Shown here piece after piece: positions 16,164-29,760 of a DNA stretch of 64,000 bases. This DNA is from Eledone cirrhosa. Taxonomy: Eukaryota. The notes beneath the pieces were generated by a model that saw only the letters and a program-made list of their open reading frames with translations, did not search any database and was not told where the DNA came from. The stretch's first letter is position 1, and every line of letters starts with the position of its first letter. The stretch lies in assembly GCA_964016885.1 (NCBI GenBank), contig OZ024751.1, positions 35,898,001-35,962,000 on the forward strand. Reading direction: 5' to 3'. The translations under genes were made by a program, and so were the position numbers.

Positions 16164-16164
<1 letters not shown>
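15973..16164 (+). mobile_element. Fold-back HHR element, family D
   Basis: Inverted arms 15973-16092 and tail with ACTC..GAGTAC; the two arms together reconstruct ggcttc-CTGATGA-tttc..gaa-GAAA-cag..ctg-TA-gaagcc. Confidence 0.7.
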
Positions 16165-16259
<95 letters not shown>

Positions 16260-16329
16260 CCATCTTGACGTAATAGTCACTTATATGTTGAATTACTGTT
16301 GGCTTCTTGCTCACATTAATTTCTTTATT

Positions 16330-16430
16330 TTCGAGCTTGACTTTGCCTTTCATCCTTACGGGGTCGATAAAATAAAGTACCAGTAATGCACTAGGTAATT
16401 GCTGGCCTTGTGCCTAAAGTAGAAACAATT
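16330..16430 (+). mobile_element. 5'-truncated SINE
   Basis: ttgactttgcctttcatccttacggggtcgataaaataaagtacc..aaagtagaaac, flanked by an attaatttct duplication. Confidence 0.85.
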
Positions 16431-16727
16431 AATTTCTCTATTTTCATTTATATTTATACTCGGAATTTTTCCTAGAGTGCTTAAAATTATTTGTGACTAA
16501 TCCTGTTTTTTAAAAAAATAACCGCGATTATATTGCTTTATGCTGAACTCCATATCTTTTGTTGAGTTATTTTCGGAATGTTTTGACTGCTGTTTCTTGT
16601 AAAGTCATTCGTCTCATTCTGACGTCACTAGCTCTGTTCTCCATGTATGTTCCACACGAGGTTTAACTAGCCTGCTTTTAAATTCCCTTCTGGCATATTT
16701 TAGCAGTGGTTTTGGTTATCGTGTTGA

Positions 16728-16808
16728 GCTCTACTCATGAACGACTCCAACCGTGACTAACCCCACTTAAAAGTTTCGTGAAATAGTCTTTTTAAGACTA
16801 TATAGAGC
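16728..16808 (+). ncRNA. Type I hammerhead ribozyme with G5C core change
   Basis: gctcta-CTCATGA-acga..tcgt-GAAA-tagtctt ttt aagacta-TA-tagagc; all three stems pair. Confidence 0.7.
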
Positions 16809-17050
16809 ATTTGTAGATTTTTCCAAATTGAAGGATAACTATTTACCCTTAATTTTATTCTGAGTTAAGATTCTATTGGTTTTTTCCCTGGATTACACAA
16901 AATCTGTGGATAAAATTTCTGTCTTGACTATTTTTGAATTGGGATTGAATTATTTTCCCATATCTTACGTTAAATATTTTCCATATTGTCGTAATAGTCA
17001 CTTATATGTATGAATTACTGTTGGCTTCTTGCTCACATTAATTTCTCTAC

Positions 17051-17103
<53 letters not shown>

Positions 17104-17362
17104 AATATAATTTCAGCGAGATCGTATTTCGGCTGTGGTCAACAACAAAGCGAAACGCAATTTTCGAGATATGCGGCAAGCGCTCAAAGGACTAAAAGAA
17201 GACCAGAGCAATTAACATACGTTATAGAGGCCAGACAAACTGAAAACGGCGGTCATGAATCTATCAGTCCCCGGAGCGAAAAAAACGAAGCAAGCTAAAT
17301 ATGTTAACAAAAGAATTTACCTGGACCTCTCTCTCTCTCTCTATATATATATATAAATAATT

Positions 17363-17543
17363 TTTTCTACTTTTGGCACAAGGCCAGCAATCACTCAGTG
17401 CATTACTGGTACTTTATTTTATCGACCCCGTAAGGATGAAAGGCAAAGTTAACCTCGGCGGGATTTGAACTCAGATTGGAAAGGGCCGTAACTCTATGCA
17501 TCAAAGCATGGCGCCCGACCCTCCACCGATACTGCCAATCCAC
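17363..17543 (-). mobile_element. SINE, near full length
   Basis: Same family as 3222-3401. Confidence 0.85.
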
Positions 17544-17557
17544 TAATAAATAACTGT

Positions 17558-17809
<252 letters not shown>

Positions 17810-17884
17810 TATATTGCTTCGTAAGGAAAATGTTCTCATAAGCAACAAGATTATATTTCTATTATATGTTGCAAATATCTCAAC

Positions 17885-18441
17885 TGTTGAGTCTCTAGCA
17901 ATAAAGTCTCTCTACTTTATATCCGGTTGAGTCTCTAGCAATAAAGTCTCTCTACTTTATATCTGGTTGAGTCTCTAGCAATAAAGTCTCTCTACTTTAT
18001 ATCTGGTTGAGTCTCTAGCAATAAAGTCTCTCTACTTTATATCCGGTTGAGTCTCTAGCAATAAAGTCTCTCTACTTTATATCTGGTTGAGTCTCTAGCA
18101 ATAAAGTCTCTCTACTTTATATCTGGTTGAGTCTCTAGCAATAAAGTCTCTCTACTTTATATCTGGTTGAGTCTCTAGCAATAAAGTCTCTCTACTTTAT
18201 ATCTGGTTGAGTCTCTAGCAATAAAGTCTCTCTACTTTATATCTGGTTGAGTCTCTAGCAATAAAGTCTCTCTACTTTATATCTGGTTGAGTCTCTAGCA
18301 ATAAAGTCTCTCTACTTTATATCTGGTTGAGTCTCTAGCAATAAAGTCTCTCTACTTTATATCTGGTTGAGTCTCTAGCAATAAAGTCTCTCTACTTTAT
18401 ATCTGGTTGAGTCACTAGCAATAAAGTCTCTCTACTTTATA
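17885..18441. repeat. 40-bp minisatellite, ~14 copies
   Basis: (gttgagtctctagcaataaagtctctctactttatatctg)n, near-identical units with no spacers. Confidence 0.95.
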
Positions 18442-18539
18442 GCTGCAACTAAAACACAAATTCTAATTTATTGTCTTGCTTCAGAAAAGCAAAACCTAGT
18501 TGCGACCTTCGAAGGGTAAAAGGTGTTGTTAATAGTGTT

Positions 18540-19848
18540 AGTGGTATTGGTGGTGTTGGTGTTGGTGTGGTAGTGGTGTTGGTGTGGTAGTGGTGTGGTA
18601 GTGGTGTTGGTGTGGTAGTGGTATTGGTGTGGTAGTGGTGTTGGTGTGGTAGTGGTGTTGGTGTGGTAGTGGTGTTGGTGTGGTAGTGGTGTTGGTGTGG
18701 TAGGGGTGTTGGTGGGGTAGTGGTATTGGTGTGGTAGTGGTATTGGTGTGGTAGTGGTGTTGGTGTGGTAGTGGTGTTGGTGTGGTAGTGGTGTTGGTGT
18801 GGTAGTGGTGTTGGTGGGGTAGTGGTATTGGTGTGGTAGTGGTGTTGGTGTGGTAGTGGTGTTGGTGTGGTAGTGGTATTGGTGGTAGTGGTGTTGGTGT
18901 TGGTGTGGTAGTGGTGTTGGTGTGGTAGTGGTGCTGGTGTGGTAGTGGTGTTGGTGTTGGTGTGGTAGTGGTGCTGGTGTGGTAGTGGTGTTGGTGTTGG
19001 TGTGGTAGTGGTGTTGGTGGTAGTGTTAGTAATGATGGTGGTAGTAGTATTGGTGTTGGTGTTGTAGTGGTGTTGGTGTGGTAGTGGTGTTGGTGTGGTA
19101 GTGGTGTTGGTGTGGTAGTGGTGTTGGTGTGGTAGTGGTGTTGGTGTGGTAGTGGTGTGGTAGTGGTGTTGGTGTGGTAGTGGTGTTGGTTTGGTAGTGG
19201 TGTTGGTGTTGGTGTGGTAGTGGTGTTGGTGGTAGTGTTAGTAATGACGGTGGTAGTAGTGTTGGTGTTGGTGTGGTAGTGGTGTTGGTCTGGTAGTGGT
19301 GTTGGTGGTAGTGTTAGTAATGATGGTGGTAGTGGTGTTGGTGTGGTAGGGGTGTTGGTGTTGGTGTGGTAGTGGTGTTGGTGGTAGTGTTAGTAATGAT
19401 GGTGGTAGTGGTGTTGGTGGTGATTGTAGTGTTGTGGTGTTGGTGTTAGTAATGATGATGGTGATGATAGTGGTGCCGGTGGTGGTGGTGATGATAGTAG
19501 TGGCGGTGGTGGTGGTGGTTGTGGTGATGGTGATGGTTGCGTTGGTTGTGGTGTTAGTGATGGTGTTAGTAGTGATGGTGATGATGGCGGCGGCGTTGGT
19601 GATGATGATGATGTTAATCACGTTGTGTTGGTAACAGTATGGTTGTGTTGCAGAAATGAGGTTATTGACGGTGCTATTTCTCTGGTATTGTTGGTGGTGT
19701 TGATGATGATGATGATGATGGTGATGGCGGCGGTGTTGATAACGATGGTGATGGTGGTGTTGATGATGATGATGGAGGTGGTGGTGGTGGTGTTAATGCT
19801 GGTGGCAATGAAAATGACGATGACAAAGCATCTGTTGTTGCTATTGCT

Positions 19849-19893
<45 letters not shown>

Positions 19894-20015
19894 GATGTAG
19901 TGTGTGGTGTTTACATCATCAATGACGACACCTGTTTCTATAGTAACGATAACAACATCTAACATGATTGTAATTTTCACAGAAAGGCAGCTGTATTGGG
20001 AAAGGTATCAGGAAC

Positions 20016-20046
<31 letters not shown>

Positions 20047-20836
20047 GGTGGTGGAGATGGTGATCGTGGTGGTGGTGGTGGTGTTGGTGGTGGTGATGGT
20101 GGTGGTGGTGGTGGTGGTGATGTGATGGCGGTGGAGATGGTGATCGTGGTGGTGGTGGTGGTGTTGGTGGTGGTGATGGTGGTGGTGGTGGTGTGATGGT
20201 GATGGTGGTGGTGGTGGCGGTGTTGGTGGTGGTGATGGTGGTGGTGGTGGTGATGGTGGTGGTGGTGGTGGTGGTGGTGGTGGTGACGATGATGATGAGG
20301 ATGGTGATGGTGATGGTGATGGTGGTGGTGGTGGTGGTGGTGATTGTGATGATGAGGGAGATGCTGACGATGATGATGAGGATGGTGATGGTGGTGACGG
20401 TGGTGGTGGTGATGGTGATGGCGGTGGAGATGGTGATGGTGGTGGTGGTGGTGGTGGTGGTGATGATGGTGGTGGTGTGTGATGATGGTGGTGGTGTGGT
20501 GGTGATGGTAGTGGTAGTGGTGGTGACGATGATGATGAGGATGGTGATGGTGGTGGTGGTGGTGGTGGTGGTGGTGACGATGGTGGTGATGGTGGTGGTG
20601 ATGGTGATGATGAGGGAGATGCTGACGAAGATGATGTTGAAGAGGAAGACGTCAGCGGTGACGATAAGTGCGATGAAAACGTGACAAATGACATCTAAAC
20701 TGCATACGAAAACGTAGTATTAGTAGTGTAGTAACGTTGTGATGATGATGGTGATGGTGGTGGTGGTGGTGATGGTGATGGTGGTGATGATGGTGATGGT
20801 GATGGTGGTGATGATGGTGATGGTGATGGTGGTGAT
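18540..20836. repeat. 17-bp GT-rich minisatellite grading into (GGT)n/(GAT)n microsatellites
   Basis: (ggtgttggtgtggtagt)n to ~19400, then GGT/GAT triplets. Confidence 0.9.
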
Positions 20837-21201
20837 GATCCCCAAGCGAGACCAACCAAGCTCATGGATGTTATCCAACTATCTTGCTGGAGGTCAAACC
20901 CTGGGTCTCCTACATATTACTATCAGTATTGCAAACAGAAAGAAAAAATAAACTCTCGTTTGTTTCATTTCAAATTTAGATGGGGTGTAATTAAGTAAAG
21001 TTAACTTTGTCTTTTTCCTCCCAGAGTTCATAAAATACACCACCACTTCGTATTGGAACCAATTTAAATGACTTCTGGTTCCTACCAGAAAAAATCTGAC
21101 TTTGCATCTAAATTAAAAACCATTGCTTAAAGTACACTTAGTATATGTTTACCCCTGTGTGTGAAGCCATGCGCCTTCAACCATATATATATATATATAT
21201 A

Positions 21202-21470
21202 CCTCTAACGAGATATACCTTGGAGGAGGCCAGCTAAACCTCCATAGGTGAGAGATGTAACAATATGATAGGACTGGGGTCCCTATCATTAAATCACCCA
21301 AGACATCTCCTACGAGATATACCTTGGAGGAGGCCAGCTAAACCTGCATAGGTGTGAGCTGTAACAAAATGATAGGACTGGGGTCCCTATTATTAAATCA
21401 CCCAAGACCCCTCTAACGAGATATACCTTGCAGGAGCCAGCTAAACCTCCATAGGTGTGAGCTGTAACAA
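21202..21470. repeat. 104-bp tandem repeat, ~2.6 copies
   Basis: acgagatataccttg recurs at 21208, 21312 and 21416. Confidence 0.9.
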
Positions 21471-21826
21471 CAACAACAATAATGTTGAAGTTTATAACAC
21501 CATCATTTTATAATTCTTTTCTAATTATCGAAATTGTCTTCAGAAAAACATATTCCAAATCTTCTTGTCTTGTCCTCTCTTCAATTACATCTTATTTGTT
21601 ACTAATGTTTTATTGTAACTTCAGCTATTGTGTAATGTTCTACTTCATCTCATTGATTAGCAGACATTTTAGTAAATATATTTCATTTCTTTATATAACC
21701 TACACCCTACTCCTCCTCTGTCTATGTCTTCATCTTCTAGCATTCTAAGTCCCCCAGGGACCAGATTATTTTATCTTTCTATGTCTCCTACACACACCTA
21801 CACACACGCATATATATATACATATG

Positions 21827-21860
<34 letters not shown>

Positions 21861-21862
<2 letters not shown>

Positions 21863-21905
21863 TCTGCATTGCTTTATTGTACTACAATAAAACTCACCTC
21901 CTACA
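21861..21905 (+). mobile_element. Isolated 3' tail of family E
   Basis: atctgcattgctttattgtactacaataaaactcacctcctaca is identical to 24909-24952; between (TA)n runs. Confidence 0.75.
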
Positions 21906-21983
21906 TTATATATATACATATATATATACATATATATACCTATATACATATATTTCTATACATTTATATACACTCACACACAA

Positions 21984-22014
<31 letters not shown>

Positions 22015-22291
22015 CACGCATACATTCATATATGTATACATATATACACACATACAGACACACACATATATCTATATATATCTACTTATTTACACAGACA
22101 CAAACCCATATATATATATATATATAATTATATATATATATATATATATAATTATATATATATATATATATAATCAATATATATATATATATATATTGAT
22201 ATTGACTTAGATTCTTATTTATTTCATGTCTTCAAGTGTTTCAATAATTGAATTTTTATTTCTAATTCTACAATTTATTACTTCCAGTATA

Positions 22292-22369
<78 letters not shown>

Positions 22370-22453
22370 TATATATATACTATATATATATACATATATA
22401 TATAGTATATATATAGTATATATATAGTATATATATATATAGTATATATATAG

Positions 22454-22559
<106 letters not shown>

Positions 22560-22567
22560 TATATATA

Positions 22568-22611
<44 letters not shown>

Positions 22612-22661
22612 TTCCAGTATAAACTATATATATATATATATATATATATACTTCCAGTATA

Positions 22662-22718
<57 letters not shown>

Positions 22719-23049
22719 TATATATATATATATACTTCCAGTATAAACTATATACTATTGAAAGACGAAATGTATGGATGTGGAAAAGACATCTTGCTGA
22801 TTGCTTTTGGGTCTCTATGTTGATCTTTATGTCTTTTTCATAGTTTTTATATTTAACACACACAGACATACACACAGAAAGACTCAGATACTCATACATA
22901 CACACACAAAGACTCAGTCAGATACTGATACACACACATTTTATGTGTATGTGTGTGTACGTACATGTACGTATATATGTATGTATGTAGATAGGTATAT
23001 ATATATATATATATTATATATATATATATATGTATATTATATATATATA

Positions 23050-23152
<103 letters not shown>

Positions 23153-23217
23153 CATATATATATATATATGTGTGTGTATACATATATATGAATATTCATT
23201 GATCAAAGTATATATAT

Positions 23218-23387
<170 letters not shown>

Positions 23388-23441
23388 ATATATATATATA
23401 TATATATGGATATATATATATGGAGATATATATATATATGG

Positions 23442-23502
<61 letters not shown>

Positions 23503-23506
<4 letters not shown>

Positions 23507-23825
23507 AAGGTTAAACAAGGTTCAATGAATAAATGAATGAATAAGGTTTTACAATAGATTAGAAGCACTCCACAGTAATGGTTTTCCGGAGTTATTAATA
23601 TTAATTAAAAATATTAACAAATATAGACATACGTCTGATCAAGTATATCTTATTATACTTATTTCAGAGGTACCGAGCTATTTACAACAGTACGTCCTCA
23701 TCAGATAAAATAAGATGATGCTTGACATACCTTGACTATGATGATGGTTAAAATTCAGTGATGGCAGTGAATAAGTTAGGACAAACCTCAATATTTATAT
23801 ACCTTAAGATTGAGACATGTCTCAA
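23503..23825 (-). mobile_element. Single-arm HHR element, family B2
   Basis: Reverse-complement homologue of 38046-38288; contains an HHR and the ACTCC..GGAGTGCTT tail. Confidence 0.75.
23647..23711 (-). ncRNA. Type I hammerhead ribozyme
   Basis: Minus strand: attttat-CTGATGA-ggacgtactg..cggtacctct-GAAA-taagta-TA-ataagat. Confidence 0.7.
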
Positions 23826-23864
23826 TTTTATATATATACACACATAAATATATATATATATATA

Positions 23865-23940
23865 CAGGGTGTCCCCCCAAAATTTATATACATATTTATA
23901 AGAATGTTGTCGAAGTATGTATACATTTGGGGACACCTTC
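23865..23940. mobile_element. Tc1/mariner-type MITE remnant
   Basis: TA|CAGGGTGTCCCC...GGGGACACCTTC|TA; imperfect ~28-bp terminal inverted repeats. Confidence 0.55.
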
Positions 23941-24303
23941 TATATATATAATTTGATTAATGAAAACACACATTAATCGTTGTCTTAATTAAATACTGAA
24001 CCCATTCTTGATTGAAGACACAACGCGCTACCCAATCCGTGAATCCTGGTCCTTACTATCATACGCCTCAAACCCCTAACTGTTAAACCACGAGAATTCG
24101 AATTCCTAATGGTGTAGCAGGGGGGGGGGGGCGTATGGTATCACCCGTGTTTTGTGGATATTAATATTTCTGGAGTTTATCTTACTGAACATCTGAGAAC
24201 AGCCGAATATTTACAGAGAAAGGGAAGGAAAGAAAGTGTGTGAGATACAGAGAGAGAGGGAGAGATATGGGTATGAGAGAGAGAAGCAGAGACATAGAGA
24301 TAG

Positions 24304-24337
<34 letters not shown>

Positions 24338-24452
24338 AAGGGAAGGAGCCACCTCAGTACTTGAGTACTTTATTTTTGAATCACAAAAACACAAAACAGA
24401 AAGTCGACTTCAGTGATTTGAACCTGAAGCCAAATATATATATATATATGTG

Positions 24453-24534
<82 letters not shown>

Positions 24535-24564
24535 AGATCAAAAGATGGTTAAAAGAGTTCCATG

Positions 24565-24635
24565 TATTTTATTATGCGCATTTCAAAAACAAATATCATC
24601 ATGCAATAACATTTGCGTTTTCGTCAGATAAAATA
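24565..24635 (-). ncRNA. Type I hammerhead ribozyme (inverted arm copy)
   Basis: Reverse complement of 24755-24825. Confidence 0.9.
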
Positions 24636-24754
24636 GGGAGACATGATATGAAGGTTAAAACAGACTTGTGAATAGTGCAGTTTTAAATCAAAATCATGTT
24701 GATTTAAAACTGCACTATTCACAAGTGTGTTTTAACCTTCATATCATGTCTCCC

Positions 24755-24825
24755 TATTTTATCTGACGAAAACGCAAATGTTATTGCATGATGATATTTG
24801 TTTTTGAAATGCGCATAATAAAATA
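24755..24825 (+). ncRNA. Type I hammerhead ribozyme (canonical core)
   Basis: tattttat-CTGACGA-aaacgcaaatgttat..gatatttgttttt-GAAA-TGCGCA (palindrome)-TA-ataaaata; perfect 8-bp stem I. Confidence 0.9.
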
Positions 24826-24948
24826 CATGGAACTCTTTTAACCATCTTTTGATCTTATATATTATTTATACTCCAGTCCTACAAACTGTAGAGTACTTCT
24901 TATCCGATATCTGCATTGCTTTATTGTACTACAATAAAACTCACCTCC

Positions 24949-25026
<78 letters not shown>

Positions 25027-25087
25027 TGTGTGGGTGTGTATGTGAGTGTGTATAGATATATGTATAAATGTATATGTATATATATAT

Positions 25088-25353
25088 CAAAAGCTTGTAT
25101 TGAGTTAGAAACTCAAAATAGTCTCATTACAGTAAATTAGCTCCAGGAAAAAGGCTTTTCGAAGCCGTTTATAACTGAACAAAAAGGAAAACACGAACAC
25201 AGACATATATAGGTATTCAAATCGTAATGGACCAAAATCGCTAAATACTAACTACAGACAATAGGGTTTGCTGGACTCAATTTTGGTCCATTACGATTTG
25301 AACATATATATATATATATATATGTCTGTGTTCGTGTTTTCCTTTTTGTTCAG
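25088..25353 (-). mobile_element. Fold-back element, unassigned family
   Basis: Inverted arms 25175-25234 / 25280-25353 with ~85 nt unique segment on the left; (TA)n flanks; no HHR seen. Confidence 0.6.
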
Positions 25354-25412
25354 ATATGTATATATATATACATACATATACCAACTCACACACACACAGA
25401 TATCTATATATA

Positions 25413-25444
<32 letters not shown>

Positions 25445-25802
25445 AACACACATACCCCCCCCCCCCACACACATACACACACAGGTATCCAAAATGTTTA
25501 AAGTGAAAACTGTGGAAATAAAGACATGTAGGCCGAATATTAGTGTGTGTATATGAAGAGTTATATATTTTGAAAGCAGCATTACGACCTGTCCGTGATA
25601 TAAGAGCAAATCGTTAAAAAGAAGGGATTTCACATGAAATCTTATTAAAGTACCAATATATAGCAAATGCGATGATAAGATTCGTTGCTATGGTAACTAA
25701 ACATTACATCTTGAGTTTTTATTGATTTAAGCTTCGTGAATTAAAGAAGTAAACGAATATGTATAATTTAAACCGTTTCTTAGGCTTTTATATAAGGTTC
25801 CT

Positions 25803-25833
<31 letters not shown>

Positions 25834-25850
25834 ATCTATCTAGTTATCAG

Positions 25851-25881
<31 letters not shown>

Positions 25882-25904
25882 GTGTGTGTGCGTGTGTATG
25901 TCTG

Positions 25905-25945
<41 letters not shown>

Positions 25946-25977
25946 ATATATATATATATATACATGTGTGTGTATAG

Positions 25978-26061
<84 letters not shown>

Positions 26062-26501
26062 ACCCATGCCTATTTTCATCTCTTTCTTAAAGTTACTATA
26101 GAGAAAAAAGGGTTACACAAGATTTTTATGGATTTTTTTGTATTGGAACTTGTTTTCTGTTTCATGTAGGCGGCTGCCGCCAGATGAGCAGAATTTTATA
26201 GATATTTCTACCAACAGTGTATATCACCAGATCAGCATAGTTATATAGATATTTCTACCAGCAATGAGTGTTTGTCTCTCTGTGTGTGTATATAACGATT
26301 ATTGTATATATACTTAAATAATTCGACATACATGCTGTTGATTGTAATCGACGCCTAAATATAAGTCACAAATTTATTTCCAGTCAATAGATAACCACAG
26401 AAAGTTATAGCTAGACACTATCAGGTGATTGAAATATTTCTCTCCGACACTCTATCGATTCTGCCAATCTACTCACGAGACACCAATGATAATAATAATG
26501 G

Positions 26502-26712
26502 TTTCTAGAATAGGCACAAGGCCAGTAAGCTGGAGGAGGCGAAAGTTGATTAAATTGACCCCAGTGCATTACTGGTACTTTATTTTATCGACCCCGTAAG
26601 GATGAAAGGTAAAACTAACCTCGGTTGGAATTTGAAATTAGAACATAAAGGGAGTTAACTACAGACCACAGAGCATGGTATCCGATGCTCTACCGATACT
26701 GCCAATCTACTA
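26502..26712 (-). mobile_element. SINE
   Basis: Same family. Confidence 0.8.
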
Positions 26713-27298
26713 GCATGACAACAACAACAACAAGAACCTTTTTGCAGTCCCCACCTCCATCTCTTTTCTACTTAAATGTATTCTATAAGTTTATTATTTA
26801 GCTTCGTCATTTATGAACACTTCTTCTATTCGATAAAAACCAGATTGTTCAAGTCCGAATGTTAAGTCACACTTTCTTTCTTTATTTCTATCCTTTTTTC
26901 CTCCTTTCTTTCTCCAATATTGGCCCGTCTCCGCCGCTGCAGGCAATAGAAAACCTCTTTCTTGTCTGTCTCTGTGTGTGTCTCCTCCTCACCCCTCCTT
27001 TCTCCCCACTCTTCTTCTTCTTCTTTATCTTCTTTATCTTCTTCTTCTTTCTTAAATATATGCCCATTAGTTGGTATTCATTCTCAGACGACGACAATGA
27101 CAACAACAACATCTTCACAACAGTACAATCGCCGCTTCAATTCATTTACAGATATCAACAACAAAACTGTCATTTCTCTCTCTCTACCAATTCCAATATA
27201 ACCTTAATGTTACCATCTTTCCATCTTTTTCTTTCCATTCCAACTTGTTACATTTTAACACCACATCCATTCACCAGCGCTACAACAGCTTCTTCATC

Positions 27299-27359
<61 letters not shown>

Positions 27360-27856
27360 CTCTCTCTCTATCTTTCTCTCTTTCCCATTCTATTTTTCTC
27401 TCACCCTTTCTCTCTCTCTCTCTCTCTCTCCTCCCCCTTCTATCTTTCTCTCACCCTTTCTCTCTGTCTCTCTCTTTCCCTTCTCCCTTTCTTTCTTCGC
27501 CTCTCTGTCTTTCTTTCTTTCTTCACCCTCCCTCTCTCAACCTCTCTCCCCCTCTCTCTCAATCTCTCTTTCTCTCTCTTCTCCCTCTCTCTCATACAAA
27601 CTATATCTGAATTATCACAACCACGTGCAACTTTATTTGGTTATTTCATTCTTTTATTACTTTTTTCTTCCTTCCTTGTTTGTTTGTTTGTTTATTTTCT
27701 TTCCTCCTTTCTTTCCTTATTATTTCTACATCTTTCTTACCAAAGATTTTCATTCACCTTCTGGAACAAAACTCATTCCATCTCCCTCTCACCCCACTCC
27801 CGGTCTCGTTCTTCTTTTGATTTTATTTTTCTAAATTTTTTATTTTTGTTTTTGTC

Positions 27857-27859
<3 letters not shown>

Positions 27860-27894
<35 letters not shown>

Positions 27895-28135
27895 CCAACA
27901 CCACCACCACCACCACTACCACCAACAACAACACCAACACCAACACCACCACCAACACCACCACCACCAACGACAACAACGACACCACCAACACCCCAAC
28001 ACCAACACCACCACCACCACCAACAACACCACCTACACCCCAACACCAACACCACCACCACCACCACCACCAACAACAACACCACCAACACCACCAACAC
28101 CACCAACACCACCACCACCACCACCAACACCAGCA
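27860..28135. repeat. (AAC)n/(ACC)n microsatellite
   Basis: Direct reading; preceded by CT-rich tract 27300-27595. Confidence 0.9.
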
Positions 28136-28701
28136 GCCAGCAGCCAGCCAGCCAGAAAGTATAAAACAGTCTTCTTTTAATTTTAATATCTTTTTTTCTC
28201 CATTAGTGATCAAAACCTTTCCATGCGATTCCGCTAGATTCCGCTAGATTCCGCTAGATTCCGCTAGATTCCGCTCAATTCTTCGTTAATGCCAAGGAAA
28301 TTACATTTCATTGCCAACGCACATACACCTCATCATCTCCTTCTTTTCTCTCTCCCACACGGTCTCTCTCTGTCTCTCTTTGTTCCACTATAACTCTCTT
28401 AATATCTGTGTCTGTTTGCCTGCCTTTAACCTCTCTCTCTTTCCAATTCTCTCTCTTTCTGATTCTCACACTCTCTCTGTCTTTCTTTGTCACCCTCTCT
28501 CTGTATCTCTCTCTCACTCTGTCTTTCTTTTTTCCCCCGCCCCTGTCTCTCACCCTATCTTCCTCTCTCTCTCATCTGGACACCACTTCGGTTTAGCTAT
28601 TTCTAACATTCCCATAATCCAACCTTCTCCAGATGTAATTGTGTGACATTGAAAATATAAAATATGGAAGAAGACAATAACAACAACAACAACACCACCA
28701 A

Positions 28702-28765
<64 letters not shown>

Positions 28766-28794
28766 GATAATAATAATAATAATAATAACAACGG

Positions 28795-28881
28795 TTTCTG
28801 ATTTAGGCACAAGGCCAACAATTTTGGGGAAAAGTGAAGTCGATGAAATCGACCCAGTGCATTACTGGTACTTTATTCGAT
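28795..28881 (-). mobile_element. SINE 3' fragment
   Basis: ttaggcacaaggccaacaa..cattactggtactttatt. Confidence 0.7.
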
Positions 28882-28954
28882 AATAACAACAACAACAACA
28901 ACAACAACAATAATGATAATAATAATAATAATAATAATAATAATATAGTAATAA

Positions 28955-29760
28955 TGAGAAAACTGAATTTAGAGATCCACAGACATGGAACTGGTTGAAA
29001 AGAGGAGATCTTAAAAAGGCTACAGAAGGAATGTTAATGGCTGCGCAGGAGCAGGCCCTCAAAACGAAGTGGTTGAAACACCACATTTACAAGGAGGAGG
29101 CTAGCCCACTGTGCAGGATCTGTGGAGAGAGAGAGGAGACTGTGGCTCACATTGTATCCGAGTGTAAACACCTAGCCCAGACTCACTATAAGGGCTGGAG
29201 ACATGGTGTGATGGGCAGGGTGATCCACTGGCATCTATGCAAAGTAAACAATCTACCACATTCTGAGAAGTGGTATGAGCATAAGCCAGAGTCGGTGATA
29301 GAAAACGATCAGGTGAAGGTGCTGTGGGATTTTAGGATACAGACGGACAAGAAACTGGAACACAATAGACCTGACCTGGTGGTTTTGGACAAAGAAAAAA
29401 GATCGTGCCTGATTGTGGATGTGGCCTGCCCATTCGACACGAGAGTGCAAGAGAAGGAGAGGGAGAAAATTAACCGATACCAGGACTTAAAGTGGGAGGT
29501 AAAAAGGATTTGGAACTGCCATGAATTCAAAGTGATCCCGATTGTCATAGGCGCACTAGGGACTATCTCAAAAAAGTTTCCAGGGATGGTTAAAGAAAAT
29601 TGGCCCCTTCACGCTTTTTGGAACGCTTCAAAAGGCATGCTTGCTGGGAACAGCAAGAACCCTCCGATACGTCCTGAATATCTGAGGCTGCAGGTAGTGG
29701 CTTGATATTCATTTCAACAAACTTTCCAGTTAAATAACATCAATGACTGAGACTCAAAGA
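28955..29760 (+). mobile_element. 5'-truncated R4/Dong-clade non-LTR retrotransposon in (TAA)n
   Basis: CCHC knuckle CRICGEREETVAHIVSEC, RH motif, LWDFRIQTD, NRPDLV..IVDVACP..EK (restriction-like endonuclease), VIPIVIGALG; (TAA)n on both sides. Confidence 0.9.
28995..29685 (+). pseudogene. C-terminal zinc knuckle + RLE endonuclease fragment with frameshift
   Basis: ORF 28995-29705; a frameshift near 29580 restores the typical end QGWLKKIG..LQKACLLGTARTLRYVLNI* (TGA 29683-29685). Confidence 0.85.

Larger units (their letters stand above)
16255..17056 (+). mobile_element. Tandem-type HHR element (family H, ~610-nt unit), interrupted by a SINE
   Basis: Terminal direct repeat (16255-16447 minus SINE vs 16975-17056), ACTC..GAGTGCTT hairpin at 16458-16482, central HHR; (TA)n flanks. 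Confidence 0.7.
24533..24952 (+). mobile_element. Fold-back HHR element, family E
   Basis: ~160-bp almost perfect inverted arms centred near 24695 and ~90-nt tail; (TA)n flanks. Confidence 0.9.

Noticed and set aside
17885-18441. CRISPR-like 40-bp repeat with internal hairpin
   Set aside because: Head-to-tail units with no unique spacers, no cas genes, eukaryotic context.
26859-28247. 462-aa ORF
   Set aside because: Runs through stop-poor CT, AAC and ACC low-complexity tracts.
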